Shown here: piece after piece, positions 1 to 13,951 of the stretch
Numbering within the stretch: the first letter of the stretch is position 1
Layout of the letters: the number at the start of each line of letters is the position of its first letter
Assembly (NCBI GenBank): GCA_951406725.2
Contig: OX597817.1
Location: 158,534,001-158,598,000 of the forward strand
DNA from: Octopus vulgaris
Lineage: Eukaryota
Length of the DNA stretch: 64,000 nucleotides
Direction of reading: 5' to 3'
Program-made: the position numbers and the translations under genes
Notes under the pieces: model-generated
What the model was told of the DNA's origin: nothing
What the model saw: only the letters and a program-made list of their open reading frames with translations
Databases searched by the model: none

Positions 1-118
1 CACTTCACTTCATCTCTTTTCTTTCTTTCTTTCTTTCTTTTTTTCTACCTTTCTACCTTTCTCGTGTTTTTAGACCACACGCATAGAAATCATTGCATAT
101 TCAATTTGAGAACGCTCA

Positions 119-154
<36 letters not shown>

Positions 155-492
155 AGCTCACATACACACACACAAATCTACCCCTCAACCATGCAAAGGT
201 ATATACTGAAATTCACACATACATATGCAGGTACGCGCGCGCGCACACACACACACACATATACACACATACACACAGGCGTTGTCTACCTTATGATGAT
301 AATGATAATGATGATGATTGGTTGGTTGTGTTGGAGGCGGTGGTGGTCACTTTGATTAATCTTAAGTGTCGTGAGAGTTTCGGACAAAACGTCTTGCGGT
401 CTTTAGCTCCAGGACATTGCGTTGTGAGTTCAAATCCCGTGGATGTCTCTTTCGTCTTTCATACTTCCGTGGGGGTCGATTAATAAAATACC

Positions 493-907
493 TATTTCTT
501 TATTACCCACAAGGGGTTAAACACAGAGGGGACAAACAAGGACAGACATAGGTATTAAGTCGATTACATCGACCCCAGTTCGTAACTGGTACTTAATTTA
601 TCGACCCCCGAAAGGATGAAAGGCAAAGTCGACCTCGGCGGAATTTGAACTCACAACGTAACGCAGACGAAATACCCATTTCTTTACTACCCACAAGGGG
701 CTAAACACAGAGGGGACAAACAAGGACAGACATGGGTATTAAGTCGATTACATCGACCCCAGTGTGTAACTGGTACTTAATTTATCGACCCCGAAAGGAT
801 GAAAGGCAAAGTCGACCTCGGCGGAATTTGAACTCACAACGTAACGCAGACGAAATACCGCTAAGCATTTCGCCCGGCGTGCTTACGTTTCTGCCAGCTC
901 GCTGCCT
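493..907 (-). mobile_element. SINE family B (Meta-domain-like), duplicated body
   Basis: GGCGAGCTGGCAGAA head, GACTTTGCCTTTCATCCTTTCGGGGTCGAT core; TSD TTAATAAAATACC at 480 and 908. Confidence 0.88.
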
Positions 908-1344
908 TTAATAAAATACCAACAAGAACTGGTATCGCTGTAACCAACTAACCTCTCTCGCCTATATTAAAAACAATGTTTAACGAAATACTTACGGTAC
1001 TTTTTCAGCTTAACGTTCCGAGTTCAAATCCTGCCGAGGTCGACTTCGCCCATTTAACCCTTCCCCACCGGTTTTACGTCTCATGCCAATATCAGAAACA
1101 CTGAATGAGAACCGTTGATTGGTGGAATCGTTGGAGCGTTGTAAGGAATGCCTCATAGCATTCATACCGGTTCCTTACGTTTTGAGTTCAAATTCAACAG
1201 AGGTCAGCTTTGCTGTTCATCTTTTCGGCATCGATGAAGTTGACTAAAGCCTCTCATCAAAAGTGATGACAATGTGCCAACGTTTGAAGTGGCGAGCTGG
1301 CAGAATCGTTAGCACGCCGGGCAAAATACTTAGCGGCATTTCAT

Positions 1345-1688
1345 ATAATGGTATAATGAAATTAATTGTATACAGCGCTCAGGTGCACCATAACTTGTCA
1401 GAAAGTGCATATAAAGTACATGCAGTAATGTAGAAATGTCTGGAAAGCGAACAATGTATGAGTCAGATACATGCTTGTGTGTGTATGGAGGGGAGAAAAT
1501 CAGGTGTAGTGTTGGCGAATCTCAGGAAGCATGGAAGTTTTGAAGGATGCAGTGCTCCGACAACTAACAACTGATGCCGGCAGTTTGTTCCATGCTTCAG
1601 CAACTCTCAGCGTGAAAAAATGTTTCCTGAAGTCATGGGAGCTGTGCTGTTTTCTTACTTTGTAAATATGTCCACGGGTGTTAGATGG
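1345..1688 (-). mobile_element. CR1 LINE 3' fragment inserted into a SINE
   Basis: Minus translation SNTRGHIYKVRKQHSSHDFRKHFFTLRVAEAWNKLPASVVSCRSTASFK. It splits a family B SINE (1289-1343 / ~1690-1773). Confidence 0.8.
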
Positions 1689-1803
1689 GTCCGTTTTTAC
1701 GCTCTAAGTTCGAATTCCACCGAGGTCGACCTTTCCTTTCATCATTTCAGGCCTTGTGCCTATAGTAAAAAGGACTATTATTATCATTATTACTATTATT
1801 ATT

Positions 1804-1834
<31 letters not shown>

Positions 1835-2152
1835 CGGTGATCACGGTGATCACGGTGATATATTTAGTTCTTTGTAAGTGAATGTTTTTTTTTATTTTAA
1901 ACGGACATATTTTTAAAATAAATTTAAATGTATTTTACCATTAATTAATTTACCCTGGGTATTTAGGTTTTTTTCCCTTCTACTAAAGTTAATTTTTGAT
2001 TTAAGGTTTTCTTCGATTTTAAATAATATGATTTGAAATCGTAATTTTAATTTCATATAACCACTTATTGAAAAAACCGTTAGTTGAAAGGACCAATGAA
2101 ACAAAGCCAATTTCAAATGTCTATCTATCAATGTAATTGTATATTTATGCGT

Positions 2153-2498
2153 GGAGGCGCAATGGCAGCGGACTCGCGGGCGTAGGATCGCGGTTTCGAG
2201 TGTTTATTGAGCGAAAACACCTAAAGCTCCACGAGGCTCCGACAGGGATGGTGGTGATCCCTGCTGTACTCTTTCACCACAACTTTCTCTCACTCTTACT
2301 TCCTGTTTCTGTTGTAACTGTATTTCAAAGGGCCGGCCTTGTCACTCTCTGTGTCACGCTGAATATCCCCGAGAACTACGTTAAGGGTACACGTGTCTGT
2401 GGAGTGCTCAGCCACTTACATGTTAATTTCACGAGCAGGCTGTTCCTTGATCGGATCAACCGGAACCCTCGTCGTCGTAACCGACGGAGTGTTTCCCA
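2153..2498 (+). mobile_element. tRNA-derived SINE family A (internal deletions in head)
   Basis: GGAGGCGCAATGGC head; body shared with many other copies. Confidence 0.85.
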
Positions 2499-2916
2499 AT
2501 ATTTATGCATATAACCTTATTTTTGTTCCATTCTCAACCAAAGCTGTCCGACGAATGGGAACGTGAACTGTGAGTAACAGTTATTGTGATGTCCTTGCAA
2601 TTTTATTAATAAAGCATATTACTCTATCTCCGGTATTCGAGTACTATTTTTTCCGCCTTGTTTCAGATTTATTTACTTACTCTCGTATATATATATATTC
2701 TTTTACTTGTTTCAGTCATTTGACTGGAGCCATACTGGAACACCGCTTTTAGTCGAACAAATCGACCCCAGGATTTATTCTTTGTAAGCCTAGTTCTTAT
2801 TCTATCGGTTACTTTGGTCGAACCGCTAAGTTACGGAATCGTAAACACACCAATATCGGTCGTCAAGCGATGGTAGGGGGACAAATACAGACACACAAAT
2901 ATATACATACATACAT

Positions 2917-2971
<55 letters not shown>

Positions 2972-3433
2972 CATATACACACACACAGATCTACCCCTCA
3001 ACCATGCAGAGGTATATACTGAAATTCACACATACATATGAAGGTACGCGCGCGCACACACACACACACACACATATACACACATACACACAGGCGTTGT
3101 CTACCTTATGATGATAATGATAATGATGATGATGGGTTGGTTGTGTTGGAGGCGGTAGTGGTCACTTTGATTAATCTTAAGTGTCGTGAGAGTTTCGGAC
3201 AAAACGTCTTGCGGTCTTTAGCTCCAGGACATTGCGTTATGAGTTCAAATCCCGTGGATGTCTCTTTCGTCTTTCATACTTCCGTGGGGGTCGATTAATA
3301 AAATACCAACAAGAACTGGTATCACTGTAACCAACTAACCTCTCTCGCCTATATTAAAAACAATGTTTAACGAAATACTTACGGTACTTACACACACACA
3401 CACATATATATATAAATATATATATATATATAT

Positions 3434-4014
3434 GCCTGAGATGTATGAGACACATTCTGAATGTTGGCTGGACCTTTGAAACTCCAGACATACAGGTCTT
3501 GAGGAAAGTTGATATCTTGGGTATTGAGGCGATGGAGCACAAGCACCGGTTACGTTGAACTGGAGACGTTATTAGAATAAAGGATAGCAGGATTCCTAAG
3601 CAGACGCTATATGGGAAACTTCTTAGTGGAAAGAAACCCCGGCAGACACCAAGGCTGCGATTTAAGGACTGTGTCAAGTCCTCATTAAAGGCTTGTGATA
3701 TGCAGGAGACCGACTGGGAGAGCAATGCCTTTCATTGCCACAGATGGAGGAAGCAGGTTAAGGAGGGGATCGACACTTTTGAAAGAGCATGTATTCTTCA
3801 TGAAGAATTTAAGCATGCTGCTCGAAAGCGCACTGCTAGCGTAGTGAATGGGGAAAGATTGGTTTGCAATGTTCGTAGTCGTGTATGTTTGTCAAGAGTA
3901 GGGCTCATTAGCCACCAACAGAGCCGCAAATGCATAATATAAGTTAGAACTAGAGCGCACAATGTTCCTGAAGGTCAGCAATGGACTTCCTCGGTCACGA
4001 GTGGACGGCCATCC
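3434..4014 (+). mobile_element. RTE (BovB-like) LINE 3' fragment
   Basis: Translation CLRHILNVGW...HRLR*TGDVIRIKDSRIPKQTLYG...LRFKDCVKSSLK..WE..RWR..VCLSRVGLISH is typical of the RTE C-terminus; flanked by (TA)n. Confidence 0.85.
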
Positions 4015-4159
4015 TATATATATATATATATATAAATATATTCACACACACATAGATAGCTAGGTAGATAACGATAGATATTCCGTTTTATGGTGTTACT
4101 CTGGGTTTCTACTGCTCTATAACTTAGTGTGCTTTTTTATCGGACTTATGATTTATTGA

Positions 4160-4211
<52 letters not shown>

Positions 4212-4218
4212 ACAAACA

Positions 4219-4286
<68 letters not shown>

Positions 4287-4319
4287 ATTTTCCTTGAGCC
4301 GTAGGACTCATAAGGCTAC

Positions 4320-4632
4320 CGGGCGTTGTGAGTGTTTATTGAGCGAAAACACCTAAAGCTCCACAAAGCTCCGGCAGGGGATGGTGGTGATCCCTGCTGT
4401 ACTCTTTCACCACAACTTTCTCTCAATCTTACTTCCTGTTTCTGTTGTACCTGTATTTCAAAAGGCCGGCCTTGTCACTCTCTGTGTCACGCTGAATATC
4501 CCCGAGAACTACGTTAAGAGTACACGTGTCTGTGGAGTGCTCAGTCACTTACACGTTAATTTCACGAGCAGGCTGTTCCGTTGATTCGGATCAACCGGAA
4601 CCCTCATCGTCGTAACCGACCGAGTGCTTCCT
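4320..4632 (+). mobile_element. SINE family A, 5'-truncated
   Basis: Body and tail match family A. Confidence 0.85.
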
Positions 4633-4910
4633 CCTCCTAAGGCTAGCTATCCGGTTTACAATGTATATAAAATGTCCGAAATCACAACATTCTCCCCGAA
4701 CCCGTGAACAAGGTTCAAGGCTTGTGGCAGGTTTGAGGCGAGGGGACAAAACGATTACATCAGCTCCAGTATTTGAGTGATGCTTTATTTTATCGTCTCC
4801 GAAGAGATGAAAGCTAAAGTTGACATCGGCGAGATTTGAGCGTGAATAGCCGAATGAAATACCTCTAAATTTTTTGTCCGACATGCTAACGATTTTGTTA
4901 GCTTGCATTG

Positions 4911-4980
<70 letters not shown>

Positions 4981-4993
4981 CATCCAACATACA

Positions 4994-5026
<33 letters not shown>

Positions 5027-5284
5027 ATGGGTGTATTTGTGTGCTCTTGTGCTTCTTAAACTAAAAGAGGAACATGGAATGTTTCTTGGTGAGGCGGGGC
5101 CTGAGGTGGGGGAAGGAACTTACTGAATCGCCTTCCTCTCTATGTGGATGGAGGTCGATAACCCGAAAAGGTATGAGAGGGAGAGAGAGTGTCTGTGTTT
5201 GAAAGGGGCCATGACAGATTCAGGAAGAGGCGGGTGTATCGAATGGCCACCACTCCACCGTTGCAGCAGCAGTAGTATAGGTTG

Positions 5285-5578
5285 TGGTGATGGTGGTGGT
5301 TGTGGTGAGGGCGGCGGTGATCGTCGTGGTAGTGATGTAGTGGTGGTGGCGGTGGTGGCGGTGGTAGTGGTGGTGGTGGTAGTGGTAGTGGTGGTGGTAG
5401 TGGTGGTGGTAGTGGTGGTGGTAGTGGTAGTGGTGGTGGTAGTGGTGGTGGTGGTGGTGGTGGTGGTGTGGTGGCGGCGGTAGTGGTGGTGGTTGTAGTG
5501 GTGGTGGTGGTAGTGGTGGTGGTGGTGGTGGTGGTGGCGGTGGTAGTGGTGGTGGTGGTAGTGGTGGTGGTAGTGGTG

Positions 5579-5612
<34 letters not shown>
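5285..5612. repeat. (GGT/AGT)n trinucleotide array
   Basis: Direct reading. Confidence 0.95.
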
Positions 5613-5613
<1 letters not shown>

Positions 5614-6081
5614 TAACGCAACATTATTATGTTTCAATTGGCTATGGTCGGACCCTAGCACCCATAAAACAACGTGCAAATACAGCTGGGTTTCTCTTTA
5701 CACAACTCTGGCAACATCAGAGCGAATTGTTGATCTGGACTGGTCGACAGGCTGGTTGGCTGGCGTGTAGGCTGGCTGTCCGGCTGTCTAGCTGTCTGGC
5801 TGTCTGGCCGTCTTGCCGTCTGGCTGGTTAGTCGGTGAGTAGGCCGGTTACTTGGTTAGTTGGTTGGCTGGTTCGGCCGTAAGGAATGCAGAGGAAATAC
5901 GTAGACACGATCTGCGTAAAAAACAAAATGTTTAAAGTCAGTGTCACCATATATAACATTGAGGGACTGAAGCGAAGGCGTGTGGCTAAGTGGTTAGGGT
6001 ATTCGGATCACGATCGTAAGGTTTTGAGTTCGATTCCTGATGACGCGCTGTGTCACTGAGCGAGATATTTTATTTCACATT

Positions 6082-6499
6082 AAGGCGGCGAGCTGGCAGA
6101 AACGTTAGCATGCCGGGCGAAATGCTTAGCGGTATTTCGTCTGCCGCTACGTTGTGAGTTCAAATTCCGCCGAGGTCCACTTTGCCTTTCATCCTTTCGG
6201 GGTCGATTAAATAAGTACCAGTTACGTACTAGGGTCGATGTAATCAACTAAATCCGTTTGTCTGTCCTTGTTTGCCCCCTCTATGTTTAGCCCCTTGTGG
6301 GTAATAAAGAAATAGGTATTTCGTCTGCCGCTACGTTCTGAGTTCAAATTCCGCCGAGGACAACTTTACCTTTCATCTTTTTGGGGTCGATTAAATAAGT
6401 ACCAGTTACGCACTGGGGTCGATGTAATCGACTAAATCCATTTGTCCGTCCTTGTTTGCCCCCTCTGTGTTTAGCCCCTTGTGGTTAGTAAAGAAATAG
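6082..6499 (+). mobile_element. SINE family B, duplicated body, nested in an older CORE-like SINE (~5975-6710)
   Basis: TSD-like GATATTTTATTTCAC on both sides. Confidence 0.85.
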
Positions 6500-6875
6500 A
6501 TATTTTATTTCACGTTGCTCCAGTCCGCTCAGCTGGCAAAAATGAGCTGAACTTGAATTTCAAAGGGTCAGCCTTGTCACATTCTGTGTCATGCTGAATC
6601 TCTCTAAGAACTACATTAAGGGTACAGGTATCCGTGGAGTATTCTGCTACTTGCACGTTAATTTCACAAGCAGGTTGTTCCATTGACTAGATTTACTGGA
6701 ACCCTCGGTGGGACTGAAATTAGCCATTATTAGAATAGAATTCTTCACACGCCAGACAAAATGTTAAGCGGCCTTTATTTCGTCATTACGTTCTAAGTCC
6801 GAATTCCGCCAAGGTTGGCGTTACCTTACATATTTGGAGGATCGATAAAATAAGTACTAGTAATCGACTATCCGT

Positions 6876-7182
6876 GGAGGCGCAATGGCCTAGTGGTTAG
6901 GGCAGCGGACTCGCGGTCGGAGGATCGCGGTTTCGATTCCCAGACCGGACGTTGTGAGTGTTTATTGAGCAAAAATACCTAAAGCTCCACGAGGCTCCGG
7001 CAGGGGTGGTGTTGACTCCTGTCGTACTCTTTCGCTCCAACTTTCTCTCACTCTTTCTTCCTGTTTATTGAGTAACGCTGCGATGGACTGGCGTCCCGTC
7101 CACCTGGGGGCAAACACATACGCCATAGAAACCGGGCCCATGAGTCTGGCTAGGCTTGAAAAAGGGCACATAAATAAAATAA
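6876..7182 (+). mobile_element. SINE family A head with alternative 3' tail
   Basis: A/B-box head; TSD TAATCGACTATCC at 6861 and 7183. Confidence 0.85.
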
Positions 7183-8131
7183 TAATCGACTATCCACACC
7201 CAACAAAATTTCGGGCCTTGTGCCTACAGCAGAATGAATAATCAGCGCATAAAGCAAAATGTCTTGCGATATTCTTTATTCGGCTCTCTGAACTCTAAGT
7301 TCAAATTTCGCCGTGATTATCGTTGCCTTTCATCCTTTCGGGGTTTCCATAAAATAAAGTACAAGTCAAGGGCGGTGGACAGGCGAAATTGTTAGAGAAT
7401 CAGACATGATGCTTAACGGCATTTGTTTCCGGCCCCCACACTCCAAGTTCATATCTCGCTAAGGCCATCGTTGCCGTTACTAATTTGAGGAGGATTAAGG
7501 CGGCAAGCTGGCAGAACCGTTAGTGCGCCGGACAAAATGCTTAGCAGCGTATCGTCCGTCTTTACGTTCTGAGTTCAAATTCCGTTAAGGTTGATATTAC
7601 CTTTCGTCCATTCTGGGTAGATAAAATTCACTCCCTACCCCGAACTTGCTGGCTTTGTGCAAAAATTTGAAACCAATGCTTTGAGGTGGGTAGTGAACTA
7701 GTAGAATCGGTGGAGGATCGGACAAAGTGATTTGTGGCATTTGTTTTGGATCTTTACGTTCTGAAATCTTGTGTGGTGAACTTAATCCGATGCCTGGTTT
7801 ATCACAACCGCCTGACATCTTGGGTCTCTTTAGCGAGATCCATTCTGTTATGAGCATTAGGGTGAGGACTCCATTTATTGATAGCAATCCACAGCATACA
7901 TAGATCAGAATCAGGCCCCCAGACCCATAAGACCCCTGGGTAACTGCCATTTGTACTCATGCCTTAAGATGACTCTGCACATTGGAGGACCGAAACAAAT
8001 ATAAGGTCATGAACGCTACTTCATATCCTGACGAAGCAGTGAATAATAAGACTATTTGTGGTGAGGAGAAAGATCCACCAGTTTAAAGATAAATTCTTAT
8101 CTAGATAGGGGAAACGACTCTTTCTATCCCC

Positions 8132-8172
<41 letters not shown>

Positions 8173-8314
8173 TATAGTCCTGTTGTGCCTTAATGACATC
8201 ACGTATGTAACATGACACACAACGTTGTGGACTCATACAACGGGCTGACACGCACTTCTCTGCACAAGTTTACATTCTTCTTTACATACGAAAACATGCA
8301 TACATCACATAATC

Positions 8315-8898
<584 letters not shown>

Positions 8899-9971
8899 CA
8901 TACATTATCTTTATTGCATGACAACACACACTTGCATAATACGCTCTTATCTTTGTGTGAAAAACTCTATTTTAGCTGTAAAGCGTCATCAAACTTCATC
9001 TATTTCTGTTTTGCATTTCATCATGTGCCTTTCACTTTAAATACTTATGTTATTAAACTCCCTTCTCCTTTTTTCTTCATCTTTTCTTGTTCTTGATGAA
9101 GGACCAATGTATAAAACGTTAGATTCGTATGTTATATTCGTTAGATTTGGGTTGTAAAGCATTATTCAACACAATATACTTCCGCTTTTCATTTAATCTT
9201 GAGGCTTTCATTGTAAATCATGTTGATGGGCCACTGTACGAAACGTTGAAAACGTTGTGTTTTTTTCAACCAGTGTAAAATTAATTCCTTTATACTTTTG
9301 ATAACTACTTTCCTACTTATATTTTTATTCTATTCCTAAATGTTTTGTGGGTATTTCATTACAACACGCTGACGCAGACCGACGAATTACTGAAGAATTC
9401 TATATATATTTCAATGTTTTGCTGGCATTAACCTCCTCCACTTCTCTCTCCTTCTCTCTGAGAGATACATTCTTTCTCCTTTCTCTCCCGTTCTCTGATT
9501 TTAAACTCTATCTCTCACTTTGGTTCAAGCTCTCGTTCACTCATATCTTTGTGTATGTGTGTGTGAGAGTGAGTATGTGTGTGTGCGTGCGTTTGCTTGT
9601 TTCAATTCATGGCATGTTAAACAATATGGAAGCTGTGTCTATCTCACCACATCTACCCAACCAACACACACGCTACAGCCGTTTCGCCGTCACCCTCACT
9701 GACACCTAACAAAAACATTACATCTGATATCACTGACGCTACCGTCTCAAACTCCATAAATCGACAACTACAACAACAAACAACTCCATCACAATCATTA
9801 TTTCAACATCAGCATAAACAACTGCATTTAGAAAATGTTGTCAGTTGTATGAATATATGTACAAATTACAGTGCGATTACCACAATAATATGCGCATGTA
9901 TATGCGCTCGCGCGTATGCATAAATTGTTTTTTTGTAAAAATATGTCTATATGTCTAAGTGTGCTCAAAGA

Positions 9972-10097
9972 TATATATATTTATACATACATACATACAC
10001 ACACACACACGCGCGCGCGCACACACACACACATATATATATACACACACACATATCTATACATAAATACATACATACATAAACGTATGTCTATGTA

Positions 10098-10140
<43 letters not shown>

Positions 10141-10141
10141 G

Positions 10142-10190
<49 letters not shown>

Positions 10191-10303
10191 TAAGTACAAT
10201 GATATGTATATACATATACATATATATATGTATGTATTTACAGAAAGAGATATATGGATAGCTATGAGCACACACACTTATATACTACGCATAAATATAT
10301 ATG

Positions 10304-10350
<47 letters not shown>

Positions 10351-10536
10351 GTATGTATATATCCGTGTGTCCGTGCATATATATATATATGTGTGTGTGT
10401 GTGTAGATATATATAGATACACACACACGCACGCACACACAAATGTATGATGCGTATCTATATATCCATAAAAATGATATATTGCACAATATTTATGAAT
10501 GTATACGTGTATCTATCTAGCTAATGTATCCATATA

Positions 10537-10625
<89 letters not shown>

Positions 10626-10653
10626 GTGTATAATATATATATATGTATGTATA

Positions 10654-10685
<32 letters not shown>

Positions 10686-10710
10686 GTATGTGAATATAAT
10701 ATATATATTA
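9972..10710. repeat. Compound (TA)n/(CA)n/(TATC)n microsatellite field
   Basis: Direct reading. Confidence 0.9.
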
Positions 10711-10799
10711 AGGATGTATGTGGATGTACTTCTATGCAAACTACAAGAACAATACATATAACAAGAGTTGTATATTTTTTATTCATTCATGTTTAAAAT

Positions 10800-10866
<67 letters not shown>

Positions 10867-11167
10867 TCAGTAACGGTGATGAGGTGGAGGTGGAAATGTC
10901 ATTCTAATTTCCATTTTTCCAGTTCTGTTCTTTCTTCACGGTTCAGTGGTTTGTTATCCCAGAGCCCAACACACATTGAACGCATAAAATAAAATTAAAA
11001 AAAAAACAGTCTATTTTTTCCATTGCGCAGACATGTATCGACTCAACCAAACAATCAATTCTGTCTTTACCATATTCTTGTGCCTGTTTTCCGTCCTGTC
11101 TAATTTTTTTCCCAATTTTTTTACACTTACACGCACGCGCACCCATGCACGTATGCATACATTTACA

Positions 11168-11214
<47 letters not shown>

Positions 11215-11425
11215 TTGTGTGTGTGTGTATTGTTTAGTCTATGATCTTTAGTAGTCTCTTTCCGTTTTATCATTCTATGGGTGACGGTACGTATGTTCAT
11301 AACTGTGTGTACGTACGCGCGCACGCGTGAATACGTAGATACATGCATATATATATATACATACATAATACATATATATATAATAATGAAATGTTTGTAT
11401 ACAGTGCTTATATATATATAAATAT

Positions 11426-11557
<132 letters not shown>

Positions 11558-11615
11558 AATTATTGTATACAGTGCTCATATATATATATATATATATATA
11601 TACGCGCGCACACAT

Positions 11616-11690
<75 letters not shown>

Positions 11691-11964
11691 ACAATAACAA
11701 CATCGACAGCAATTGCAGTATCCCTAACGTAAATAGCAGCAGCGCCGTCGCCGACGATATCTATATCTAAGAAAGCTCCCCCACCAACGACGATGACCAT
11801 AACAACAACAACAGCACCATTACCAACATCAGTAGTGACTGCATTAACACCAACGCCATCCCCAATGACGCCAACACCAACAGACACAGCGCCACCAACA
11901 CACGATGACGGAGATACATCAGCTGCTCGGGTAACATATTCAAAGAACGTGCTCCAGCTATAGT

Positions 11965-12345
11965 AGGAGCACTCCGTCGGTTGCGACGATGAGGGTCCCA
12001 GCTGATACGATCAACGGAACAGCCTGCTCATGATATTAACGTGCAAGTGGCTGAGCACTCCACAGACACGTGTACCCTTAACGTAGTTCTCGGGGATATT
12101 TAGCGTGACACAGAGAGTGACAAGGCCGGCCCTTTGAAATACAGGTACAAGAGAAACAGGAAGAAAGAGCGAGAGAAAGTTGTGGTGAAAGAGTACAGCA
12201 GGGTTCACCACCATCCCCTGCCGGAGCCTCGTGGAGCTTTAGGTGTTTTCGCTCAATAAACACTCACAACGCCCGGTCTGGGAATCGAAACCGCGATCAT
12301 CCGACCGCGAGTCCGCTGCCCTAACCACTGGGCCATTGCGCCTCC
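11965..12345 (-). mobile_element. SINE family A
   Basis: Full-length reverse copy. Confidence 0.88.
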
Positions 12346-12347
12346 AG

Positions 12348-12916
12348 CTACCGATCCGCCTTCAGGATACCGGAAAGGAGATACGCTATGTCACTAACCA
12401 GCCACGTATGGCAGCTGAAAGACAACGAGATTCCATACACAATAGCATGGAGAATCCTAGAAAATCCAGGCCCCTACATAAACGGGACTAAGCGTTGTAA
12501 ACTCTGCATAGCGGAACGGGCAAGGATTCTAAAGGACTCTCTCGACCCGGGGAACATCTTTAACTCCAGAATGGAGGTCTTCGGACCGTGATTGCATTTC
12601 AGGAAATTCCTGCTGGCCAATTGGAACCCACAAGATAATAGGGTCACTTGCGATCGAAAGCCAGAGGGAGACAATCCCCAATTCTTGACATGGAATAGCG
12701 AGGTCCTTTTCTCCTCCATATTCTAGAGAGACCACTCACTGCAGAGGCCTTAAGCCAACAGGTTTTGGGATCTGATGATACACCGTAAAGCTAAGCGCTT
12801 TATGGACGTGAAACCCAGGCTAATCCCATAAAATGGTATTATCTAACTTTATTTATATTATATACTGCTCTATAACTCAGAGTGTATTTCTTTTTCGGAT
12901 TTATGTTTTACCGACG
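12348..12916 (+). mobile_element. Penelope-like element: GIY-YIG C-terminus plus pseudo-LTR
   Basis: SLTSHVWQLKDNEIPYTIAWRILE..PY..GTKRCKLCIAE..IL...NSRME...HFRKFLL matches PLE endonuclease C-termini; a hammerhead motif lies downstream. Confidence 0.75.
12766..12828 (+). ncRNA. Type I hammerhead ribozyme motif (stem III imperfect)
   Basis: TGGGAT-CTGATGA-[stem II ccgtaaagc/gctttatgg]-GAAA-cccaggc-TA|ATCCCA. Confidence 0.6.
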
Positions 12917-13058
12917 ATATATGTGTGTGTGTGTGCGCGTGTGTGTGTGTATGTATATGTATGTATATACATATATACACAAACACACACACTCACACAT
13001 ATATATGTGTACAAGTGCACGTGCATATGTACTGTGTTTATAAACATGAATGTATTTG

Positions 13059-13100
<42 letters not shown>

Positions 13101-13286
13101 GGTACAATCGTTAGAGCGTCGGACAAAATGCTGCATCATTCCTTCCGGCTTTTTACGTCTTGAGTTCAAATACCACTGAAACCAACTTTGACTTTCGTCC
13201 TTTCAGTGTCAATAAACAAAAGCAGCATTTACATTATTTACATTATTTACAATTGACGGATATTTGTCCTCGTCGTGTTTGTTGTT

Positions 13287-13332
13287 AACACAACGTTTCA
13301 GCTGATATACCCTCCAGCCTTCATCAGGTGTC
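13287..13332 (-). ncRNA. Minimal type I hammerhead ribozyme (palindromic stem III)
   Basis: Minus: GACAC-CTGATGA-A-GGCTGG-agggtata-TCAGCT-GAAACGTT|GTGTT. Confidence 0.75.
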
Positions 13333-13627
13333 TTGGGGAAATTTCGAACCTGGGTTCTCATTCCTAAGGTATTTTTCGATGTTGTTGTTGTTGTTATTGT
13401 TATTGTTGTTGTTGTTGTTGTTATTATTATTATTATTATTTATTTTTTTCTTTCAAATTTGCTTCCATTTCTTGCCGAGTGTCTTCCCGACTCCTAGGGC
13501 AAAGAAACTCATAGTATACATTGGTAGGCCATTAAACTAAACTCAATAGTTCGTTCATTTTTTTTTTAAGTTAAATTAAAATACATGGGTAGTAATAGTT
13601 CTTAAAATACATGGGTAGTAATAGTTC

Positions 13628-13892
<265 letters not shown>

Positions 13893-13951
13893 ATTTTAAA
13901 AAAAAAAAAATAAAAATAAAATAAAATGAAAATAAGAATAAAGAAAAAAGT

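Noticed and set aside
2137-2514. Recurrent ORFs MVVIPAVLFHHNF... / MFIERKHLKLH... at many sites
   Set aside because: Translations of SINE family A; indels between copies shift the frame.
5140-5679. Poly-Thr/Pro mucin-like ORF
   Set aside because: Pure (GGT/AGT)n repeat with no splice or codon evidence.
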